Part shown: positions 12,742-26,859 of the stretch, one piece after another
How positions within the stretch are numbered: position 1 is the stretch's first letter
How the letters are laid out: each line of letters begins with the position of its first letter
NCBI GenBank assembly: GCA_964016885.1
Contig: OZ024743.1
Coordinates: 361,026,001-361,090,000 of the forward strand
Direction of reading: 5' to 3'
Source of the DNA: Eledone cirrhosa
Taxonomy: Eukaryota
DNA length: 64,000 nucleotides
Translations under genes and position numbers: made by a program
Notes under the pieces: generated by a model
The model's input: the letters and a program-made list of their open reading frames with translations, nothing else
Database searches by the model: none
What the model was told of the DNA's origin: nothing

Positions 12742-13309
12742 TTCACTAGCTCTGACAGTTTGGCAGGTGAACAGTGAGCTGTACTGATGAAGGATGACAC
12801 CACGAACATTTAGTGTCTGCGGTTCTGTTCACATGCCAAAACAAGAGCAAGAATGAAGGGTTCATTCTACTGACATGGCTATAAAATTGAGGCTTGTTTG
12901 CATAATTGCAAACGAATCGAATGTTATTATTAATATTCGCAAATCTCAGATTCCATGGTTGAATACAATAAATGGAATCTGAGATTTGCGAATATTAATA
13001 ATAACATTCGATTTGAGAGCAATTATGCAAACAAGCCTCAATTTTATAACCATGTCAGTAGAATGAACCCTTCATTCTTGCTCTTGATTTGGCATGTGAA
13101 CAGAACTGCAGACACTAAATGTTCGGGGTATCACCCTTCATCAGTACAGCTGACAGTTCACCTGCCAAACTGTCAGAGCTAGTGAAAGTATATGCTATTT
13201 TCAAAAATACGCAGTGACTAATCGGCTTGATTTGCATATTAGAAGACTGGCCGATCAGTCAGATCTGCATATTACCAGATCCACTGATCAGCCAGATTTG
13301 CATATCAGC
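12742..13309. mobile_element. HHR repeat family B, fold-back copy (arms 12742-12956 and 12972-13186) plus extension
   Basis: About 215-bp inverted repeat with a 15-nt loop. HHR in each arm. 13187-13309 carries three repeats of about 33 bp containing AT(T/C)TGCAT. Homologous to 52043-52367. Confidence 0.85.
13104..13151 (-). ncRNA. Type I HHR of family B (inverted twin at 12777-12824, + strand)
   Basis: AGCUGUA-CUGAUGA-AGGG-UGAUA-CCCC-GAAC-AUUUAGU-GUC^UGCAGUU. In the + twin stem I is extended by GUGAACAG/CUGUUCAC and UUUGGCA/UGCCAAA. One core A is missing (GAAC). Confidence 0.7.
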
Positions 13310-13312
13310 TAT

Positions 13313-13730
13313 ATTATCGTTTTCGGTGCACCCGGCCGATTATCCCACTCGATATGCAAATTGGGCTACTCAGCCGTTAATATGCATAAGGTAAGTATAT
13401 ACGTTCAACAATCTGGCAGGAAGGTATACGTTGCTGACGATAGCTAATAAGCTTGAAACTAGTACAGCGTTCCTTTGTCAGTGTTAAACAAACGAGCAAC
13501 GATTGTTGCTGGACACTACGGCTTAATACGGGATGTTTGTTTACAAACACACCGAGCATTAAAATAAATGTTCAGTGAACCCATATGTACATATATATAT
13601 GTGTGTATGTATATATATACATACTACTGTACGTCTGTATACATATATGTATGTACGTTTACATACTTATATTTAAGTAACAGCCGTACTAAGAGTGGGA
13701 AATGAAATTTCGTTTCTTTTTTCCGTTTAT
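13313..13730 (+). mobile_element. HHR repeat family C, one monomer of about 420 nt
   Basis: Near-identical to units at 25451-26215 and 51091-52041, where the tandem period is 422 bp. Confidence 0.88.
13428..13470 (+). ncRNA. Minimal type I HHR of family C
   Basis: ACGUUG-CUGACGA-UAGCU-AAUA-AGCUU-GAAAC-UA-GUA^CAGCGU with palindromic stem III (ACUAGU). Other copies at 25721-25763 (-), 25961-26003 (+) and 51653-51695 (+). Confidence 0.85.
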
Positions 13731-13754
13731 ATATATATATATATTATATATATA

Positions 13755-13930
13755 TAAGAAAGAAAGTGCGGCAAGAAACCAGATCGAACATGACGAACCA
13801 GAGTACTCGATACGTAGCGTAGTAGAGTGGGTAATAGGAAAAGTGTCAGCTGAGCTCCGGCCCTCCGGATCTAGCTGTCGAAACGGCCGGAGCTCAGCCG
13901 TCTGGGTCCTGACTCTTTTCCCTATCCATA
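13755..13930 (+). repeat. Short GC-rich TA-flanked dispersed repeat (family E)
   Basis: Shares GAAA.TG.GG.AAG.AACCAGAT and TAGC.GTC.AAACGGC..GAGCT.AGCCGTC.GGGTCC with 27193-27290. Confidence 0.6.
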
Positions 13931-13935
13931 TATTT

Positions 13936-14012
<77 letters not shown>

Positions 14013-14094
14013 TTGTGTGTGTGTGCCAATGATTATGTGCAGTTTCCGTTTTACAAAATGGGCTAATGCATTATTTTCCAAATGATATATCTCT

Positions 14095-14283
14095 ATAATT
14101 GTTTCTACTTTTGGCAAAAGGTTAGCAATTATACCAGTACATTACTGGTGCTCTATTTATCGACCCCATAAGGATGAAAGGCAAAGTTAACCTCGTTCAT
14201 TTGAACTCAGCACGTAAAGGGACGTAACTAAGCTGTAAAGTATGTCGTCTCATCCTCTACCGATACTGCAAACCACCGGCCTT
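14095..14283 (-). mobile_element. tRNA-derived SINE (octopus OK-SINE-like) with 13-bp TSD
   Basis: B box GAGTTCAAAT and core TTTCATCCTT..GGGGTCGATAAA. ATCTCTATAATTG is duplicated at 14089-14101 and 14284-14296. Confidence 0.85.
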
Positions 14284-14995
14284 ATCTCTATAATTGAAAG
14301 CACTTGTTTGAACCTTACTTATTCTAATCAAAATATTCTAACTCTTATGGTTACATTTACATATTTAAGTTAATCATAATAGCGTATCTTACTTACTTTT
14401 TCTACTCACTCTTTTTGTCAGTAATATCAGTCGTAAACAGCCCGCAAATAGACAGTCATATATGAACACAGACATACAATCTTGTATCTAAGTAAATAAA
14501 ATAAAAATACAATAACCAGAAAGTAGTATAATAGGCTGTAGTATGATAGGAAATTATGCCTGGTTTAACTTTGCTGTGATACGAAAATACAGTTAATGTA
14601 TTTTTTCTCAAATGCCATATTCGTCAACTACGACAAAAATATCTATGAGGACACATAACAACATATATACTTCCAAGGTTTCTATCCTACCAGACAACAG
14701 GCATTGGATGAATAACTTGACAATATATCCAGGTGTTATTATTCTCCCGCGTTTCAAATTCACTCTAACTCTGAAGAAATACGTTTAATTCGGTGCATAT
14801 ATGATCTTATGTATGCGTGTATAGGTAGTCATATATAAAAGCAGTACTACACACTTTTAGCTTCCTTTTGCACTGGACTTTCACTGAAGAAATACATTAA
14901 ATAAAAATCCAACAGTGTGAAATAATAGATTATATATATATACATTTTTAACAGTAGTAACATCTTGATATCCATTGTGAATCGACCCGTAATTA

Positions 14996-15038
<43 letters not shown>

Positions 15039-15545
15039 GAATTGGTGCTCTGAAATAGCGTTATATATATGAATGCATATATAGGGTATTTTCCAATACA
15101 CTGTATGCTTAATTAAAAGCATTTAGAAGACCTTACGCTATTGTTTTAGAGTAGTGACAGTCTCACTTACTTTAATTTTCAGCAAACAGGGGAGATAAAG
15201 CTGACAGAGCTCTGTTTCGCACTTTTTGGTGCTTATTAAAGTTAACTACTCATCTTGTTTGCTGCAAATCATGAATGTTTGATTCTTATAAAATTCTAGT
15301 AATAATCAGGAGCTGATTATACAGAGCGGTTGCCGGTCAAGCAGAAATTGAAAATTAGAATTGGTGCTCTGAAATAGCGATATATATATATATGAATGTA
15401 TATATAGTGTATTTTGCAATACACTGTATGTTTAATTAAAAGCATTTCGAAGACCTTACGCTATTGTTTTAGAGTAGTGGCAGACTCACCTACTTTAATG
15501 TTCAGCAAACAGGGGAGATAAAGCTGACAGAGCTCTGTCAGCTTT

Positions 15546-15547
<2 letters not shown>
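15039..15547 (-). mobile_element. HHR repeat family A, 1.6 tandem units (period 319 bp)
   Basis: GAATTGGTGCTCTGAAATAGCG at 15039 and 15358. HHR-like motif at 15192-15251 on the minus strand: TTAATAA-GCAC/GTGC-GAAAC-AGAGCTCT-GTC^AGCT. Confidence 0.8.
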
Positions 15548-15719
<172 letters not shown>

Positions 15720-16039
15720 CAGTGAGAACGCGCTATCTTAAAAGGTGTGTATTTTGTAGTGTTATTGATATATCATATATGTAGACAAGGTGCTATGTTA
15801 AAAGGGCCCAAGGCACGACGTCTGTCATAACAGTGCGCCAAACGCACTTGATGGAAGTAGAAATGAAATCAGTAAAATGTCAGGGCTCCTAGTATTTGAA
15901 GGCAATTCAATATAAGTGTTATCGATGGAAGACCACACTATTGCTTGTTTGTGTACGCATTCTCCTTCAGGAAACACTTAGACTAATGTAAATACAAAAA
16001 ACAACATAACAGTTATTACTGAAGCCATGAACAGGAAAT

Positions 16040-16660
16040 TTGGTAACCATGGAATCAAAGAAAAAATATTAATATCTAGCTAAACTCAAATCAACCACAG
16101 ATTAGAACTCAGCACGCAATAATTAACATACAAGCGCGCACACGCAACTTCTGGCATAATAACGCGCACACGCACAATAGCCAATTCTAAAAGATAATTA
16201 TAATTAGAAACACAACATTCGACATATATAGTCCAAATACATAACTCAATCCGGAATGGTCACACTATCCAAACTATTGCCACTTAACACAATATTAGCC
16301 TCAAAATATTTGATATAAAAACATTAACAAATCACACAACTTTTGAAAAGGTCACACACACGCGCGTACATAACATTATACACGTCAGTCCACGGATGAC
16401 GTAATTTCTGGCAGCAACAATTAGACCTCAGTCAAGAAATAGAAAAAGAAAAATTGGCGAACTGGTAAAGAAAACAATAGAACGAACTCCGACTAAGTGT
16501 TTTATTATAGTCTTCTGACAAAGGGTTTTAGACCCAAAGTATTAGGATAGATAAATAAATTAAGAAGTGAGACATCAACATATTTGTTGCCTACATTTTA
16601 TTCCGAAATCTCCTGTCCATTTTTTTCAGAGTCATAACTTTCAAATAGAATACTGTTATA
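16040..16660 (+). mobile_element. Probable PLE 3' UTR / pseudo-LTR with degenerate HHR
   Basis: CTGACAA-AGGGT-TTTAG-ACCC-AAAG-TATTA-GGAT at about 16510-16550 resembles the common PLE motif CTGACGAAGGG...CCCGAAAC. CA-rich UTR upstream. Confidence 0.5.
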
Positions 16661-17159
16661 TATAGACATAAATTACTGCATCTATTTTCTTTATGTAGCA
16701 GCACTGAATTGCTCTAATTTATGTAATTAATGTATCTCTATGCAGAGAACGTTGCTGTGAACCACACTTCAGACTGCTGAGAACAAATGTCGTCCACAAT
16801 ACCATATCATTTCCTGATCTCTCGTTCTGAAGCATGTTAGTATCTACCGACCCAGTATCCATCCCTCTTGGTAATTAGCGCGTAGAATGAGGCCTCTTTA
16901 TGTTTATCGATTTCAAGGTCATCTATTTATTTTTACTCTCACATTTCATTCCCCCCACCTGGCTCTGTGTTGCTTGGTTGCAGAGCGTTAGAACGTGTGC
17001 GTTGGAACCGGAACACTTGAGATTCCCCAGCGTTAAATTACATGCTTCCATATGTCACCTCTCCCCACCTCTCTCTCTCCCGTTCTCCCTTTCAATGCTT
17101 TCATAAATGCATACCTACATATATAAATACACATGCAATTACGTTCACACCCTCATATG

Positions 17160-17238
17160 CATGTATGTATGTATGTATGTATGTATGTATGTATGTATGT
17201 ATGTATGTATGTATGTATGTATGTATGTATGTATGTAT
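17160..17238. repeat. (TATG)n microsatellite
   Basis: Direct reading. Confidence 0.98.
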
Positions 17239-18251
17239 GAAAATATATATGTGTGTATGCATATTTATCAGTGTGTGTGGTATCTGTTTGTAGGTGTGTG
17301 ATGTGTGTCTGCTTGTGTGTGCGTATTACGCAATTTACAATATTTGAAGCAGTATATATTTACATCCTGTTTGATTTAATATAATTATTGTTTTCACTAG
17401 TGACGTTAAATATGATAATGGGCCACTCACATCAATTAGGATTTAGTAGATCTTTATTTAATAATAATTATAAGTAATTATTGGATGATTGAAGCAAATG
17501 TTTACGTCCATTGCGTTTATTAGAGATAGAAATTTGATTTGGTAAGAATATTGTTTTATTCGTGCTATTGTCATCGTTGCTTATGTAGTTTGATCCAATT
17601 GTACACCTCACACACAGACATGAACAAACAAATATACAAACACATATTTTGTGACGACTGATTGGACAAAGACTTTCTTAGAATTTCTATTCACAAGCAT
17701 TATATATATATATATATATAGTTGAGTGCTTTGTTTGGCGTGAATTCCTTTGTTTGAATTTAAACACCAAACCACGTGTTTTAGTCTATGATAGTATTCT
17801 TCCTCGTTTTCATTAGAGGCAGTGTGAGGATGGCAAGAACTGCTAGATACCTTATCCAGTATTAATGGCTAGCACACACTGCATAGACCTATCTTATGAC
17901 TTTGGCCACCTAGGCTGAAGACATGTAATAGCCCGGTTACATAAATATCTGCTGGAATTACGTGACTTCCTGAACGTTGCGGATGTAATATCTGCATTTT
18001 TGAAGTTATGTTGTACAGAAACGATATTGTCCAGGAGTTGAGATGTTTGTTTTTATCTCTACCAAAACAGAGCCACCGTATCTGCTATTAAATAAATGTG
18101 TGCACTCTGATCAGTTTATTGCAGCTGCATTACTGCAATTCGGCAGGTTCATTGAGTGAGCTAGACGTTGACTTAATACCGGTAATCTTCGTTACTTTTA
18201 CATTATATATATACATATATGTTATTATCATTATTATTACAATACTACTGA

Positions 18252-18445
18252 AGGGCGATAGATTGGCAGTATCGGTAGAGGGTCGGACGCCATGCTTTGA
18301 CGCATTGAGTTACGGCCCTTGCCATTCTGAGTTCAAATCCCGCCGAGGTTAACTTTGCCTTTCATCCTTACGGGGTCAATAAAATAAAGTACCAGTAATA
18401 TACTAGGTAATTTGTGGCCTTGTGCCAAAAGTAAAAACAATTATT
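18252..18445 (+). mobile_element. tRNA-derived SINE with TSD
   Basis: A box TGGCAGTATCGG, B box GAGTTCAAATCC. TTATTATTACAATACTACT flanks both sides. Confidence 0.9.
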
Positions 18446-18542
18446 ATTACAATACTACTACTACTATTATTATCATTATTATTATTCATTGAGTCTCAGT
18501 CATTGATGTTATTTAACTGGAAAGTAAAAACAATTATTATTT

Positions 18543-18737
18543 AGGGCGGTGGATTGGCAGTATCGGTAGAGGGTCGGACGCCATGCTTTCCAGCATAGTT
18601 AAGCCCCTTTACGATCTGAGTTCAAATCCCGCCGAGGTTGACTTTTCCTTTCATCCTTACGGGATCGATAAAATAAAGTACCAGTAATGCACTGGGTAAT
18701 TGCTGGCCTTGTGCCTAAAGTAGAAACAATTATTATT
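18543..18737 (+). mobile_element. tRNA-derived SINE (different variant from its neighbour)
   Basis: Near-identical to the copies at 40028-40213 and 49428-49620. Confidence 0.9.
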
Positions 18738-19552
18738 ACAATACTACTACTACTACTACTATTATTATCATTATTATTATTCATTGAGTCTCAGTCATTG
18801 ATGTTATTTAAGTGGAAAGTTTGTTCAAATGAACATCAAGCTGCTACCTGCAGCCTCAGATGTTTAGGATGTATCAGAGGGTTCTTACTGTTCCCAACCT
18901 TTTGAAGTGTTCTAAAAACGAGGTTGGACTAATCGTCTTTAACCATCAGATATGTACTTTTATATGTAGATTCGTGTATAAATGTTGCTGAAGTATTAGA
19001 CACCCGATTTGTTATTTAGGGTTGCTACAAGAAATAGGTCATTGTCGATGTTATCACATCGGTGTTCCAATTTGGTCAAGATGGTAAATTATGATGACCG
19101 GATACAGAATGTCTGTGTTGTTTTAGGCTATTAAATTTCAGAAGACAACAATGAATAGATAAATACGTATGTAAAAGAATAAATAAAAAAGAAAAGAACA
19201 GAATAAAGAAATAAATGTACAAATAAATGGATGAGTAAATACATAAATGAAAAGTCGAAGATATAAAGATAAAAATTAGATAGATAATACAATAAAAATA
19301 AATAAAAATAAAAATAAATGAATAGGAACTAAAATGGATGAACGAAAAGGTAGAGGAGTAAACAAATAAATAAAGACAACAAACAAAAAACAGAAATATG
19401 AAAAAAAAAAAAGCGAATGCCTAAACGGACCAGTTCAGATATCCTCGCGAATTAACATCATGTGTGTACAGTGAAGCATGTAATATGTGATAAAATATTT
19501 ATATGATGTTACACTGAATCTTTGTTCCCTAATTATATATATATATATATAT

Positions 19553-19935
19553 AGTACGGAAGCCTCCCAAAAGTCAGCTCTCGGTGAGGGAGGCGGATTA
19601 ATGGAAAAAACTGACAACATCCGAGGAAATTTCCTGGCTTGGATGGTCTACTCTACGAGTTTACACGAACATGCCAGACTTGTTCGATGACATCTTAGCG
19701 GATGTCTGCGCCAGGTGGCAGCAGAACAGGAGATTTCCCAGTTCTGTGGGTCGATGGGCGGTAGCGCAGCTGAGAAAGGGTCCAAACAAGGGGCACCATA
19801 TTGACAATTTCAGGTCCAGAACTCTCCTAAACGCGTTTAAAATTTTGGCCCAGGTATTATCAGCGACGTTGGCGCCTGTAGCTGGCTGGGGACCGCAAAC
19901 ATGCACCATTCCGGACAGTTCTATCCACGACACTT
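19553..19935 (+). mobile_element. Tx1/L1-clade RT N-terminal fragment
   Basis: PGLDGLLYEF / MPDLFDDILADV..WQQ..LRKGPNKG..IDNFRSRTLLN..KILAQVL..QTCTIPDSSIHD. Confidence 0.75.
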
Positions 19936-19962
19936 TACTGTGTTCATTTCTACATATATTAT

Positions 19963-20430
19963 AAAATGCTCAGTATTTATACTTTGAGCTTGTTAATTAT
20001 AGGTTATTAATATGAGTATCTAACACTGCCTTTTATTTGAATTTCAGCTCCTTAATTTGGTGAGCTTACAAGTTGAGTGAATTTAGGCTATTATTTCTAG
20101 CCGATCCACGCACGCCACTTTGAACGACTGACACACAAGGTAAATTATTCCCTCGTGTAGTATTTAGATACCTACTTTCGTAGGTGTTTGTCACTTTTAA
20201 TATTGTCTCCCGCTGGCGAAATGCCTACGATTTATCTGCTACAAACACAATTCTCAGGGCGAAAAAGATTAAATCTCTAATCTGTCCGGGAGATTAATAA
20301 TTATTGAAATGATTAGTATTTTTTATCTTGTATGTTCCGTTTGTTTCATAGTTTAAATCCGTCAAACCAAGGTGGTCTTTCAACCCTTGTAATTTTAAAC
20401 ACACAATTTACTGTGCTTATTTCTACACAT
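19963..20430 (+). mobile_element. HHR repeat family J (unit about 470 nt)
   Basis: Homologous to 49339-50082 (-). HHR at 20206-20293: TCTCCCG-CTGGCGA-AAT-GCC..GGC-GAAAA..TCTGTC^CGGGAGA. Confidence 0.78.
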
Positions 20431-20445
20431 ATATATGTATATATC

Positions 20446-23345
<2,900 letters not shown>

Positions 23346-23420
23346 TATATATATATATATATATACATACATATATATATACATATATATATATACACAT
23401 ATATTTATGTGTGTGTGTGT

Positions 23421-23775
23421 GTACGTATGCGTACTTGCATTTATGTATCAGCTGTGCTAGGGCGGGAAATAAAATTTTAATTTTGTATTTAATATTCGGC
23501 ATGGTCAGCCATAACTCGCTTGGTATGCAAATAAAGCTACCCACCCGAGGTATACTTCAGAAAACACTATATATTTTCAACCGTTCAACATTCGCAGAAT
23601 GGCATGCAGCCTGATCAAGGGTAATGACCCAGAAACATGCTGATTGTTCCTCGATGCCAGTGTTGAACAAATGGATGACGATTGCTGATCGGTATGGCAC
23701 TGCTTTAATCGTTTGCTTACAAACGAATCGAATATTATTATTAATGTTCGATATAACCCATATGTATGTGTACAT
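23421..23775 (+). mobile_element. HHR repeat family D (divergent relative of B and C)
   Basis: Shares ATGCAAAT, CGTTCAACA / CAGTGTTGAACAAA and TTACAAAC with C, and CAAACGAATCGAAT.TTATTATTAAT with B. Broken HHR at 23607-23642 (CTGATCA..GAAACAT, cleavage triplet lost). A related fragment lies at 26260-26330. Confidence 0.7.
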
Positions 23776-23794
23776 ATGTGATATATATATATAA

Positions 23795-24104
23795 TAAGAA
23801 CGAAGTGGGGATGTTACATAGGAGATTTATTGCTCAATCCTGGTTACAAATGTTTCTCAAGCAGCTGACTCGTGATCCTCACACCAGTATTAACACTGGT
23901 CTAAGGATCAGGCAGACCTTGGGTCAAGTCTGGGGTGCCATCCTATATCACGAGCCAGCTGCTTGAGAAACGTTTGTAACCAGGATTGAGCAATAAATCT
24001 TCTATGTAACATCTCCCCTTTAATCTTATTGTATACAATCTGCTCTGTATCGATTGCTGACTTTGGTTCTCTGACCAGTCTTCTTCGGGTTTACTGAACT
24101 TTCT

Positions 24105-24110
<6 letters not shown>
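23795..24110. mobile_element. HHR family G with inverted arms 23807-23876 and 23947-24018
   Basis: Minus-strand HHR at 23840-23887: CTGGT-GTGAGGA-TCA..TGA-GAAAC-ATTT-GTA^ACCAG. Plus-strand twin at 23896-23983. Confidence 0.65.
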
Positions 24111-24137
<27 letters not shown>

Positions 24138-24140
<3 letters not shown>

Positions 24141-25401
24141 GCGAAAGAGTGAAGAATAACATGATCGGGTGTACAAAAAGGGTTTTATTTACAGTATTAA
24201 AAATTATTTCATTGATCAGGTGAATCTAAAGGCCGCTGATCACTCAAAATTGCGTCACTCGACCTTAAATACAGTGTGTGTCTCTGATTAAATCATCGGA
24301 ATACTGAGGGTGTATTTATAGATACATCGGAGAATCAGCATGTACATAAGCATTCTATATGTACATAGGCATTCTATAAAAAAACCGAAGACTTGAGAAT
24401 ACAACGACGTTGGCCAATAAGATCTGGCAGCTTAAGGACATCAACCATGAATATGAGATTAGCTAGTCGAAGTTAACGAGGTGCAAGGGCTTCCAAAAAT
24501 GGAATGTCCCACTGCGGACTATGCAATATGGAGCTGCTCCATATTTTAAAATATGATAAAATGCTGCTTAACAACAAGATAGAGCGAACAATCTTTTGTA
24601 GGCACAAAGCCACCATCAAATTTTCTAATTTCAAACCACAAACGGCATGATTCAAACCAGCAAACTCCGTAATTCAGTCAAAACCACCCGGATTTAAATG
24701 TACTAGCTTCACACCACTCCACTGTTATTAGCTGTTAACTGACCAACTGGTCATTAAATCAACATCATGAATCTCCCAACCTTTCTTTTACTCTCTCTCT
24801 CTACAGCCGCATCATCTCCATTAAGATAAAACAATCATCTACCAGAACTTAATCACTCATATATCACCACTGCCCCTTTTATTCTCTATCAGTCTATCTA
24901 CTGCGTCCCCGTCCTCAGTCCTACCCTTTATGTCTCATCCTTGAATCCTTATTCTTTATTCTCTATCTCCTATTCTTTATCTCTTTCTCTCTTACTTTTT
25001 TTATTTTTTATTTAATCCTCTGATATTTTGTTGTACCTCTTGCATTTTTATTTCGCCAATTTATGAACTCAATACACTATATATCGCCTGTCATAAATCG
25101 TATTTCTTTTCATGTTATTGTTATCATTACTGGCATCACTATTTTACACATCCACTTACTCACCATTATAACTTCAACTACCACCACCACTACTACTATT
25201 ATCAGTAACCGTATTTTGCAATTATTTTTTACTTATTTTCTTTTAAATCTTTATCATTTTCATTTTTACACCTTTATACTTTTATTATAGTTTATTATCT
25301 TTTATTATTGGTGTTATTCTATTCATTCACTTGATTCTCCGATGTATCTATAAATACTCACAACCTGTAACTGGATTACCTAAAACGATAACTTTTTTAT
25401 C

Positions 25402-25405
<4 letters not shown>
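24138..25405 (+). mobile_element. 5'-truncated Hydra-like PLE with inverted pseudo-LTR at its 5' end
   Basis: 24385-24650 encodes TTLANKIWQLKD..CGLCNMELLHIL..LNNKIE..FCRHK (endonuclease C-terminus). 24138-24345 is an inverted copy of the terminus, overlapping the reverse complement of 25335-25358. Confidence 0.75.
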
Positions 25406-25450
<45 letters not shown>

Positions 25451-25455
<5 letters not shown>

Positions 25456-26215
25456 GGAAAATATGAAACGAAATTTCATTTCAAACTCTTAGTACGGCTG
25501 TTACTTAAATATAAGTATGTACACGTACACACATATATGTATACAGACGTACTGTAGTATGTATATGTATATAGATACATGCACACATATATATATATAT
25601 GTACGTATGGATTCATCGAACATTTATTATAATGCTCAGTGTGTTTGTAAACAAACATCCCGTATTAAGCCGTAGTGTCCAACAACCATCGTTGCTCGTT
25701 TGTTCAACACTGACAAAGGAACGCTGTACTAGTTTCAAGATTATTAGCTATCGTCAGCAACGTATACCTTCCTGCCAGATTGTTGAACGTATATACTTAC
25801 CTTATGCATATTAACGGCTGAGTAGCCCAATTTGCATATAGAGTGGGTTAATCAGCCGCGTGCACCGAAAACGATAAAAGGAAAAAATTAAAATTGGGCT
25901 ACTCAGCCGTTAATATGCATAAGGTAAGTATATACGTTCAACAATCTGGCAGGAAGGTATACGTTGCTGACGATAGCTAAAAAGCTTGAAATTAGTACAG
26001 CGTTCCTTTGTCAGTGTTGAACAAACGAGCAACGATGGTTGCTGGACACTACGGCTTAATACGGGATGTTTGTTTACAAACACACCGAGCATTATAATAA
26101 ATGTTCGGTGAATCCATACGTACATATATATATATATATGTGTGCATGTATATATATATATACATACTTAAGGTAGGTCTGTATACATATATGTATGTAA
26201 GTGTACATACTTATA
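25451..26215. mobile_element. Family C fold-back pair (minus monomer 25451-25877, plus partial 25891-26215)
   Basis: Inverted copies of the 13313-13730 unit, each with an HHR, flanked by (TA)n. Confidence 0.9.
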
Positions 26216-26354
26216 TATATATATATATATATATTTGTGTGTGCGTGTATATACAGTATATGTGTGTGGACCTATGCATACGTACATTATATATCAGGAG
26301 TACTAGGGCGAGAAATAAAATTCTAATTTTATATATATATATATATATATATAA

Positions 26355-26845
26355 TTAAGCGTGAATCGTATTTCGGCTGGTAGAAAAATTGAAACGAAAC
26401 GCAAAATCGTAGAAATGCTGGCAAGTGCTCAATAGTTAAGAAACAACTAGAGCTAAACAACATATTAAAACGCCATACAAACTGAAAAAGTGGTTAAGAA
26501 GGCATTAATCACCTAACCCAAAAAACAAATCAAGCTAAACAGGTCAAACAAAATAAATGATAAAAACCTAGACGCAAATGCTATAGATCATTAAATCCAA
26601 ATGCAGGGTTTCTATGACACCTAAATCAAAAATAATGTCTGCTTAAAACTATAAGCTTTCAGCATGAAGATCGAACAATGAATATCACGTTATCAACAGG
26701 TAATTTTGCTCTGTAACCAACTTTGCGAGTGACCCATAACTTTGTAAACGCACATGCGTAAGTCACAATGGGAAATTTCCCATATTTTGTCAAATGAATT
26801 CAGTATGTGTATATCTTACAAAAAAATTGTATAGATAGCACAATA
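26355..26845 (-). mobile_element. TA-flanked unit with possible degenerate HHR
   Basis: Minus strand at about 26636-26702: CTG-TTGATAA-CGTGA..TCATG-CT-GAAAG-CTTATAGTTTTA. Confidence 0.35.
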
Positions 26846-26859
26846 TATATATATATAAA

